Below are positions 52,153-61,100 of a stretch of 64,000 bases of DNA, in pieces. Numbering within the stretch: the first letter of the stretch is position 1; every line of letters starts with the position of its first letter. A program made the position numbers and the translations under genes. The notes under the pieces are model-generated. The model was not told where the DNA came from, ran no database searches, and saw nothing but the letters and a program-made list of their open reading frames with translations. The DNA comes from Escherichia coli (GTDB lineage Bacteria; Pseudomonadota; Gammaproteobacteria; Enterobacterales; Enterobacteriaceae). Where the stretch lies: NCBI RefSeq assembly GCF_013122565.1, contig NZ_CP053258.1; one strand, 5' to 3'.

Positions 52153-53613
52153 TTACAGCGCAGCCACACACTCGCGCGCACCGCGTTCGCACAGCTGCTG
52201 ATATGCCGCCGTCACCGCGCCAACAAAGTCGGCATTTTGCGGCAGATCATCGGCAAAAATACCGCTCAGGCCCAGCAGCGCTTTCACGCGGTCTGCGCCC
52301 TGATACTGCGCGTTAATCTTCTGGAACTCGGCCAGCATCGGGTCGACCACGTCAATGGCATTACCCTGCTCATCCACGCCCTGGGTGTAACGCATCCAGC
52401 CAGCCACGCCCAGCGCCAGGTGACGCCAGCTGCCGCCGTTTTGCAGGTGCAGACGCACCGGATCCAACAGACGCTGCGGTAACTTCTGGCTGCCGTCCAT
52501 CGCAATCTGCCAGGTACGGTGACGCAGAGACGGGTTGCTGAAACGCTCGATCAGCAGCGTCGCATAGGCGTTCAGGTCCGTACCTTCCGGCATCGACAGC
52601 GTTGGCGCTTGTTCCTGCATCATCAGGGCAAAGGCCGCTTTGCGATAATCCGGGTTAGTCATGGTGTCGGCAATGGTTTCATAGCCGCCGAGGTAACCGA
52701 GGTATGCCAGGAAAGAGTGGCTGCCGTTCAGCATACGCAGCTTCATCATTTCGAACGGCACAACGTCTGCAACGAACTGTGCGCCCACTTTATCCCAGTC
52801 CGGACGACCATTAACGAAGTTATCTTCAATCACCCACTGACGGAACGGTTCGCAGGCAATGGCGCACGGGTCGTAAACACCCAGCTGGTCAGCAATTTCC
52901 TGTAAGGTTTCTGGCGTCGCCGCCGGAACGATGCGGTCAACCATGGTGCACGGGAAGGTGACGTTCTCTTCAATCCATGCCGCCAGCTGCGGATCGCGTG
53001 CCTGAGCCAGCCCCAGAACCGCGACCTTTGCCACATGACCGTTTTCGCGTACGTTGTCGCAAGACATCACCGTAAACGCTTTCAACCCTTTTTCACGACG
53101 CAGGCGCAAGGCTTCGACGATGTAACCAATTGCAGACTTCGGCGCAGTCGGGTTTTCCAGATCGTGCTTGATCAGCGGGTTATTGAGATCCAGCTGACCG
53201 CTTGCCGCATCAGCGCAGTAGCCTTTTTCCGTGACCGTCAGGGAGACAATCGCCGTTTGCGGACGCGCCATCGCGTTGAGAATACCTTCGCAGCCGTCGA
53301 TTTCCGGATGCAGCGCTTCTTTCATCGAACCGATAATTTTCAGCTCGGTGCTTTCTGCGCCTTTTTCCGCTACGGTGTACAGCAGTTGCTGTTTTTTCAG
53401 GTTTTCGATCAGCACGCGGTCGTTGCCTGGCATCAGGTTAACTTCGCAGATGCCCCAGTCGCTGTCGGTGCTTTCCAGCAGATGATGGGTATACAGCGCC
53501 TGGTGCGCGCGGTGAAACGCCCCGCAACCGAGATGCACAATGCGTGATTCCAGACGAGAATGATCCCATGACGGGCGGGCAACCGGCAGATTGCTGTCAA
53601 CAATAGTAGTCAT
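52153..53613 (-). CDS. uxuB: D-mannonate oxidoreductase
   Basis: 486 aa; Rossmann motif HLGCGAFHRAHQ; recognised as UxuB. Confidence 0.95.
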   Translation of the reverse strand: MTTIVDSNLPVARPSWDHSRLESRIVHLGCGAFHRAHQALYTHHLLESTDSDWGICEVNLMPGNDRVLIENLKKQQLLYTVAEKGAESTELKIIGSMKEALHPEIDGCEGILNAMARPQTAIVSLTVTEKGYCADAASGQLDLNNPLIKHDLENPTAPKSAIGYIVEALRLRREKGLKAFTVMSCDNVRENGHVAKVAVLGLAQARDPQLAAWIEENVTFPCTMVDRIVPAATPETLQEIADQLGVYDPCAIACEPFRQWVIEDNFVNGRPDWDKVGAQFVADVVPFEMMKLRMLNGSHSFLAYLGYLGGYETIADTMTNPDYRKAAFALMMQEQAPTLSMPEGTDLNAYATLLIERFSNPSLRHRTWQIAMDGSQKLPQRLLDPVRLHLQNGGSWRHLALGVAGWMRYTQGVDEQGNAIDVVDPMLAEFQKINAQYQGADRVKALLGLSGIFADDLPQNADFVGAVTAAYQQLCERGARECVAAL

Positions 53614-53693
53614 CGTAAACTCCAGAATCCGTCTTCAGAGAGTGACGGCAAGGAAGAAGGAACCGGCACGGCGCGCAGCCATGCCGGTGGATA

Positions 53694-54878
53694 TTAACGG
53701 CTAAAGAAAGCGCGCTGGATCGCCAGTTCGACACCGCGAACTTCGGCCAGGCCTTTCAGACGACCAATTGCGGAGTAACCTGGGTTGGTTTTCTTCTTCA
53801 GGTCGTCCAGCATCTGATGACCGTGGTCCGGACGCATCGGGATCAGGTCTTCTTTGCCTTCCGCTTTACGACGGTGTTCTTCTTCAACAATCGCTTTCAC
53901 CACTTCGTACATATCAACGTCACCGTTCAGGTGCGCCGCTTCGTGGAAGGTTTTCGGGTTATCTTCACGCATGGTGGAGCGCAGATGGGTGAAGTAAATA
54001 CGCGGACCGAACTGCTTGATCATATCAACCAGATCGTTGTCAGCACGCACGCCGTAGGAACCGGTGCACATGGTGAAACCGTTCGCCATGCTGTTTACGG
54101 TATCAACCATCCACTGCATATCTTCAATGGTGGAAACAATGCGCGGCAGGCCAAGGATCGGGCGCGGCGGATCGTCCGGGTGAACCGCCATACGGACGCC
54201 AACTTCTTCAGCAACTGGAATAATCGCTTTCAGGAAGACGGCAAAGTTTTCGCGCAGCTTCGCTTTATCGATATCTTTGTACAGCTCCAGGTGCTTACGG
54301 AACTGGTCGAGGGTATACCCTTCTTCCGCGCCCGGCAGACCGGCAATGATGTTACGCGTCAGACGCGCTTTGTCTTCGTCGCTCATAGTGGCGAAGCGTT
54401 CAGCTGCCTGAGCAATTTCTTCTTCGGTGTAATCCGCTTCCGCGCCTGGACGTTTCAGGATATGCATTTCGAATGCAGCGAATTCGATCTGGTCGAAGCG
54501 CAGAGCTTTGGAGCCGTCTGGCAGCACGTATTCGAGGTCAGTACGGGTCCAGTCGAGCACCGGCATGAAGTTGTAGCACACGGTGCGAATGCCGCACTGC
54601 GCCAGGTTGCGCAGAGTCTGCTGATAGTTAGCGATCCACTGCTCATAGTTGCCAGTGTGGGTTTTGATATCTTCGTGAATTGGTACGCTTTCTACGACAG
54701 ACCACACCAGGCCTGCGTCTTCAACGATCGCCTTGCGTTTGAGGATCTCTTCTACGGACCATACTTCGCCGTTCGGGATATGGTGCAGCGCGGTAACCAC
54801 GCCAGTTGCGCCCGCCTGACGGACATCAGCTAAAGAAACCGGATCGTTTGGGCCGTACCAGCGCCAGGTCTGTTCCAT
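53694..54878 (-). CDS. uxuA: Mannonate dehydratase
   Basis: [35 protein letters not shown]...; recognised as UxuA. Confidence 0.93.
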
Positions 54879-55040
54879 GATTTTTCCTCTTTCACATAGT
54901 GGGTTCCACAGCAAAGAGACGCGGAACCCTGGAGTTGTTTAGGTATCCGGATGAACAACCAGACCGCAGCCGTGGCGTTGCATCGGATGAGATGGCGTAT
55001 AAGTTCTACCTTTTGGTAAGACATGTCAACCCGAATTCTA

Positions 55041-55057
55041 AAATTGGTTAACCACAT
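55041..55057. promoter_or_regulatory. Candidate UxuR/ExuR operator upstream of uxuA
   Basis: aaattggttaaccacat contains TGGT-TA-ACCA; about 165 bp upstream of the uxuA start. Confidence 0.45.
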
Positions 55058-55148
55058 CACAAGAATTTCACTCTCATGGTTGTTGATGCAAATTGCAGCA
55101 AAGGGTAATCGATGGTTATTGATCAGAGGATGTGACATTCATAGCAAC

Positions 55149-55164
55149 AATGGTTGACCAATTT
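55149..55164. promoter_or_regulatory. Second candidate UxuR/ExuR-type palindrome
   Basis: aatggttgaccaattt contains TGGT-TG-ACCA. Confidence 0.3.
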
Positions 55165-55736
55165 ACATAACATGTCGCCCAAAATAACAATGGATTAACC
55201 TGGAGAGATAAAACGTTATTAGTTTCTCGCAGACTACGGTGGTGATTGCGCTCATGCTGTTCTACACCTCGCGGTCACGATTGGTGAGATCGTGACCGAA
55301 ACATCGCAAGAAGATTTTTACACACCAGTGTCTGATTATTTAACGACGGCCGCCCGGCGGGGTTATACGCAAGTAGTGGTGAAACCCTACTCAACCACGG
55401 CGTCGAGGTGACCAGCGTTCTGAAGCTGCCCAAAATACAATCCTCTTGCAGAGACTATCCTCTGATCGCCTATTTAAAAATGAATGTTGAACAATTAGGA
55501 AAAGGAAATGTGATTTATTACAATAACTACGGTGACTATTCTAATAATATGACTTGTGAATAAAACTAAATGATCAATGGCAATTTACTACAGATAAAAT
55601 GCCTGACGAGATTCAATCATTATATGTTTAACTTGCCAGACATTTATTTTATAATAAAGAAAAATGCACATTCGTCGATTAATATTCAACGCGTAGACGT
55701 CATATCAGATATGCTATTTAAAAGGAATTAACTCTA

Positions 55737-55886
55737 ATGGCACACAGTATAAAGCAATGTTTCCATGCGGTTGGAAAAGGTACTCTTTATACCGGACAGA
55801 TAAAAAACATGTCTAACAACAGGCTTTTTCGTGCCAGCTATATTTGTCCAGTGTGTCACCCCATCCAAAAATTATCCACATCCTGA
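55737..55886 (+). CDS. Possible small Cys/His-containing protein (49 aa)
   Basis: Manual translation MAHSIKQCFHAVGKGTLYTGQIKNMSNNRLFRASYICPVCHPIQKLSTS; aagga Shine-Dalgarno about 11 nt upstream; AT-rich island spacer; could be spurious. Confidence 0.25.
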   Translation: MAHSIKQCFHAVGKGTLYTGQIKNMSNNRLFRASYICPVCHPIQKLSTS

Positions 55887-56068
55887 CGTTACGTTAGATA
55901 TAGAGAAAAGAGGTTGTACTGTGCAATATGCAAACCGCATAAGCGAATATAATTTCTAAGTTGATATTGTCTGGCTGTTGGGAGCTAAGCAATATAAATA
56001 TCACCAGTTGTCAGAACGGTTATATAGACCAGGAGCGTTTCGGCTCCTGGTCTGTTTCGGACATATTA

Positions 56069-58183
56069 TCAGTCAGCCACTAATAGCGGGCTAGGGATAC
56101 CAGATGATGAAACAAACAGCCCTTTTACGGCACGGGTTGCAGCCACATGCAGTAACGCGCGCTCATTAAATAATGCATCACGCTGTTCAACGGGATCATC
56201 GGATGCTAATGCTTTTATTTCCGGCACAACGCCTTCGTTAATTCCCACCAGGAACACATACTGGAACTCAAGCCCTTTAATACGGTGCATCGTTGCAACC
56301 CGCACGCCAGGGCGTGCATCGCTGTCACCGCTATCATTGCCTAAATTAAATGTCTCAATTCCGGCGTCATTCAGTGCTGATGCGTAGCGGTCACAAGCAT
56401 GTTTAGTACGCGCAGTAATGCAGATATCCTGAGAACGAACCTGATTCGCCAGCAATGCCTGAATTTGCTTGACGAGCGTTGCAGCCTCTTCTTTGAAATC
56501 TGCCGCATGCGTAATCATGGGCTTTTCCCCGTGCAGTAATGACAAATAATCATTACTGGTATCCGCTTCGCCATCGAGGTTATCAACCTTCACACCAGTT
56601 AACAGCCCAACAGCAAATTGACGCGTCTCTTCTGTGGTCCGATAGTTAATCTTCAATTTTTTACTGCGACGACCACGGACGTTAATACCACACTGACCAA
56701 GAACGACCTTATTGCGATAAATACGCTGATGCCCATCCCCGACAATAAACAGATCGTTGGGCGACTCGGGAACCAGGCTGCGAATAAGAGTAAATGCCGG
56801 GGCACCGATATCTTGAGCTTCATCGACCACAATACTGCTATAAGGTAGTTGAACCTGTTTTTCTTTAAACAGAACAATAGCCTCATGCATGGCATCGCCC
56901 ATTTCGCGCAGTTTGGCACGCGCCATTTGTGCTCTGAATTCTTCAAAGACTGGCCAGATTTTCGCCCGTTGAATACGGGATAACGCTGTACCACGTCCAA
57001 CCCGGCTGACTTTGAGGTATTCCTCCCGGGTGTAAACCGCATTTGGCTGGACAACGCGTTGCCACTCTTCAGCATAGAAATTGTCAGGTAGCCCCAGTTC
57101 GGCAGGTGCCTGCTGCAAGGCATAGTTCCAGCATTTGCGTCGCCCTTCATCGCTGTCGTATACCACGCGGAAATCATAACCGTGGCGTTTTAGTTGGTCG
57201 CTCATCCAGGCATCAATGTTAACGACGTCAATACGCGCCATCTCTTCTCGCGTACACAACCGCTGGAGATTAGCGCGAATATCTGCCGCCAGGTTACGCG
57301 TAAATGTCGTGAAAAGTACCTTCTTACCGGGTTTATCTGCCAGACGCTGAGATAACCACCGCGCACGGTGCATCGCAACAACCGTTTTCCCTGTACCTGC
57401 ACCACCCAGTACTCGTACCGGACCATTAGCGGGCGACTCCACCAGTTTTCGCTGGCTCGGATGCAGAAATACACGCCATTTTTCTAAAGGCGCATTAAGC
57501 ATCTGCAACAGCTCCTGTTCATTTTCAACGACATGGAAGCGACGTTTACTTCGTTCAATCGCCTCCATAAAGTCGTTGGTATCAACAGGCTCATCACGAT
57601 GATCGTTAAACTCTTCCAGCACTTCCTGGTAATCCAGCCCTTCTGCCAGCCAGTGCAGAGGTTCCCAGGCTTCTGCTGGCATTATGCTTTCAAGTTGATT
57701 AAGCCCGGCTTCATCGGTAAGCGCCATCACCTGATCAATAAAGACAGGCGGCACACCCAGGGCCAGAATCTGTTCCGCGCTGTAAGCTGCGAAGAGTTTC
57801 GGTTTATCAACCACCGTTTCCGCTGCCGGTTTGATATAGCTAATATCAATGACCTGAATCGCGCCGGTAACCGGGTGAATCGAACAATCATGCCGCCGCG
57901 CCCAGTCGTATGCTTCGTCGTGTTTATCCACCCACATCAGCATATACAGGGCACCCTGTTCAGGTTTCAGAACAATGCCGCGATAAGTTTGATCGATTCG
58001 CACCGAATGGACATTTTTACTGCGCGCATCGTGGATCTTTTCATAGTTAAGTCCATTACTGGTCGGGTCCTGACGGAATTTGGAGATGAATTCCTGCACC
58101 TTTTTTTGCTGTGCTTTTGGGATCCGCGCGAATGCGCCCAGAAAACCATCAGAAAGTGCCACCTTGGGCGTTTGCACCGTCAT
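56069..58183 (-). CDS. UvrD/PcrA-like SF1 helicase with about 220-aa N-terminal domain of unknown function
   Basis: 704 aa; Walker A VLGGAGTGKT; VVDEAQD; FIVGDGHQRIY; C-terminal RIKGLEFQYVFLVG; start overlaps the stop of the upstream giant gene (ATGA). Confidence 0.8.
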   Translation of the reverse strand: MTVQTPKVALSDGFLGAFARIPKAQQKKVQEFISKFRQDPTSNGLNYEKIHDARSKNVHSVRIDQTYRGIVLKPEQGALYMLMWVDKHDEAYDWARRHDCSIHPVTGAIQVIDISYIKPAAETVVDKPKLFAAYSAEQILALGVPPVFIDQVMALTDEAGLNQLESIMPAEAWEPLHWLAEGLDYQEVLEEFNDHRDEPVDTNDFMEAIERSKRRFHVVENEQELLQMLNAPLEKWRVFLHPSQRKLVESPANGPVRVLGGAGTGKTVVAMHRARWLSQRLADKPGKKVLFTTFTRNLAADIRANLQRLCTREEMARIDVVNIDAWMSDQLKRHGYDFRVVYDSDEGRRKCWNYALQQAPAELGLPDNFYAEEWQRVVQPNAVYTREEYLKVSRVGRGTALSRIQRAKIWPVFEEFRAQMARAKLREMGDAMHEAIVLFKEKQVQLPYSSIVVDEAQDIGAPAFTLIRSLVPESPNDLFIVGDGHQRIYRNKVVLGQCGINVRGRRSKKLKINYRTTEETRQFAVGLLTGVKVDNLDGEADTSNDYLSLLHGEKPMITHAADFKEEAATLVKQIQALLANQVRSQDICITARTKHACDRYASALNDAGIETFNLGNDSGDSDARPGVRVATMHRIKGLEFQYVFLVGINEGVVPEIKALASDDPVEQRDALFNERALLHVAATRAVKGLFVSSSGIPSPLLVAD

Positions 58184-61100
58184 TTGTCACCTCCGGACAG
58201 ATGTTGCAATGTATTTTCGTCAATTGGCCCGAATGCAACGTGCCAACCTCTGGTTGTGAATAATGGAATAAATTCTTGATTATCAATAATCAATGCCCAT
58301 TTTTGTGATGGCCAGGCGAGATCGGCTTCTGCAATAATTTCACCCTCATCATTTTGCAATTCGTAGCCGAGAGTCGGCGCAGAGAGAGAATGAGACTGAA
58401 GCAACGCGATCTCTTCAGCGCTTAATAAGCCAAACTCAATAATCTCAGCCCAACTTTCATCAGTCTCTGGTACTGCCTCTGGCGTTGCCGAAACTTTAGT
58501 GTCAACGCTTTCCTGCGGTAAATGCACGGCTTTACGGCTGGTAAAGGTCATATCCGGCAGGAACTGTAACAGGTTTACCAGTCGCCAGAAGCCATTGAGT
58601 CCCGCTTCATAACCGTCATCCTGCGTATAGCGATCGTCAAAACAGATATGCAAACGCAGCCAGCTGCGCATTTGTGCGACGCTGGTCGTCGGTTTAATGG
58701 CTTGTTGTGGTAACACCGAAGCCAGTTCAATAAATTGCTGCGATGAGTTACAGCTATCGAGTAAACCACCAAAGACAAACGGTTCGTCTGGCAAAAGCTC
58801 TGCTAGCCGCCAGGCTGGCGCGTTTTCCTGCATTTCATAGGCATACTTTTGTTTCGTTCCCGCGTCCTGTGACTTCTTCACATCCAACCACACCCAGGCA
58901 TGTGCAGCAGCCATTCTCTGCCATAACTGCGTTCTTCCGCCCGGATCGGCGAGATAATCCAGCAGCAGTGCAAAACTGTTACGTTCCCGGAACGACGCTT
59001 CAAGGGCCGCAAAGTTGGTATCGTGAAACAGGTTATAAAACTTAGGCTGTTTCATATCCGGGTTATGCCCAAGTCCCAGGACATCCTGAACATGTTTAAG
59101 CCCAGGCTCTTTGAGATCGGCCCACGTGACTGTCCACACCCAGAAATTACCGCTATCCCGAATCGCCTGGCGTTTTTGCACATCCTCTGCGACGCTATTT
59201 TTGTGGAACGCAAAGCCATCAAGGAAAATAGCCACCGGTTTAATGGCATCAGACTGCATAAGCGGATATAGCACGTAATCCGGGCGACAAGGGATCCCCA
59301 CCGCCTCTTTAGCGCCTAAATCCACCTGAGCTTTAAGATGCCAGCTCATCATCGGTTCGCTGCGGGTGTTAATAATCCACCCAGCGCCCTGATGCGCGTA
59401 ACTGCGACTGACAATCAGGTTTTTATTTTCTTGCAGGCAGCTAATAAACCGTTTTTCCAGCTCACTGCCCATCATGGCTTCGAGGGAAATGTTTTTGATG
59501 GAATCAATTACCCGTATCGAATCTCTTGCCTGCAAAATTTTCGCCAGCAAGAGACGCGCCTGATCGCGGGAGACATACTTCATGCGCCCACGGTCACGGT
59601 AAGCGTAAACGCAACGATAACAACCATCTTTATGCGTATCATTGTTGCAACTGCATTCCACTATTGCCTGATAGGCCAGTTCAAGTAATTTCAGCAAATT
59701 GTCGGGAGTGCGCATCAGCTCTTTAAGAGAACCAGTTCCCCCCGGGACGGTATCGTAAATCACCAGATACTGCCGCCAGGATTCGCCTTCATTTTCCGGC
59801 TCGCGGTACACAACGCCTTTCAGGTGATCGACATTCCCCTTGAAGTAATGCTTAAGGCCGAGCTGGATCGCCGCCCCAAGAGAAGCCTCCACGACACGGT
59901 CATTACTGTAACTGCTTACCGGGAGCAGAATACGCAACGCTTCTGACTCCAGCTGGCGATAGAGGTAGAGATAATCTTCGAACTTCGCCTTTTCCGGTTC
60001 CGTGCGATATTTGCAGCTCAAATCATGACGTGGTTCATGATCGCGAGGACGCTGCACCATGCCGCACCCGAGGCAAACTTTAAACCCGGTTCGCTTCTTC
60101 GCTTCTCCGGCAATCATCAACTCATTGGCATCATCCGCCATTTTGCCGAAGTTGATATCCCGCAGGGTGACTTTGCTTAAAAATTCAAAACCAAACGGAA
60201 CTTCGCCTTCCTCAATCGCGTATGCCGCCGATACATCTTCTTTTTCGAAACTAACCAATAGCTGACGCTGGAAGAAAGCAGGTTCACGGCTGTCGCTCTC
60301 GTCGCTGATCTGGCTATCACGTGCGCTGGCGCGGGCATAAACCTGGCGAAGTTTCAGCAGCGTGGTTTTTTGTCCGGCATCGGCCCACCCCGGTGTGCCA
60401 CATTTCGGGCAATATTTATGCTGGTCGCCCGTCTGGTCGATATTTTCGCTGTAGTTACAGTGGCTACAGATACGCCAGTTCTCCGGCTCAGAGACCTTCA
60501 GGTCTATCTGCTCAATTTCAACTTTATGCCCACCGGCATAGAAATTATTCAGCGGAGCCAGCTCAGCCAGCGCCGTTGATGCCGGGCGTTCATATTCGAA
60601 AGTGGTGTTTTGATATTCACGCGCTTCCCCGCCTTCTTTACGCCGCCAGAGCACAGAACGTAACGTAATACCGGCTTCCGGGAAGGCGTAGTTAGGCAGC
60701 AGCCCTTCATCCGTGAGGAAATTCAGCGTTTGCTTATTGTTGATTTGATTGACCAGCGCCATCAGCGCCTGTCGTTCTGAAGTTAACTCGCGCATATCGC
60801 TATCAAAGTTTTGATCGCGCGGCGCGTTCTCCAGTTTATCGATACTGCGCTTGAGCTTATCGATGCGTGAGCGCAAAGATTTGCGATCTTCCACCAGCAG
60901 TTTTAACGCTTCTTCGATACGCTGCACCAGCGAGCGTTGTCCTGGCGCGCCCTGAAGATAAGACAACAGCTGTTGGCGAGTTTCTGCGGCAAGATCGGGG
61001 AAGATCGCCGTAAATTGTGCAGCAATCTCCGCATGATGCTGTTCGATATATCGCAGTAAGTTATACGGAAAACCCGATTTACGCCCGAACTCCAGCTCAT

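Noticed and set aside
53817-54833. 338-aa plus-strand ORF overlapping uxuA
   Set aside because: Antisense to uxuA; no recognisable domain; repetitive Phe/Arg/Val composition.
55245-55295. Short stretch translating to ALMLFYTS that might be a gntP remnant
   Set aside because: Too short and too uncertain to call a pseudogene from sequence alone; mentioned only as a possible junction scar.
57533-58279. 248-aa plus-strand ORF overlapping the 5-prime part of the UvrD-like gene
   Set aside because: Antisense to a gene with clear helicase motifs; no Shine-Dalgarno; composition typical of a reverse-frame artefact.
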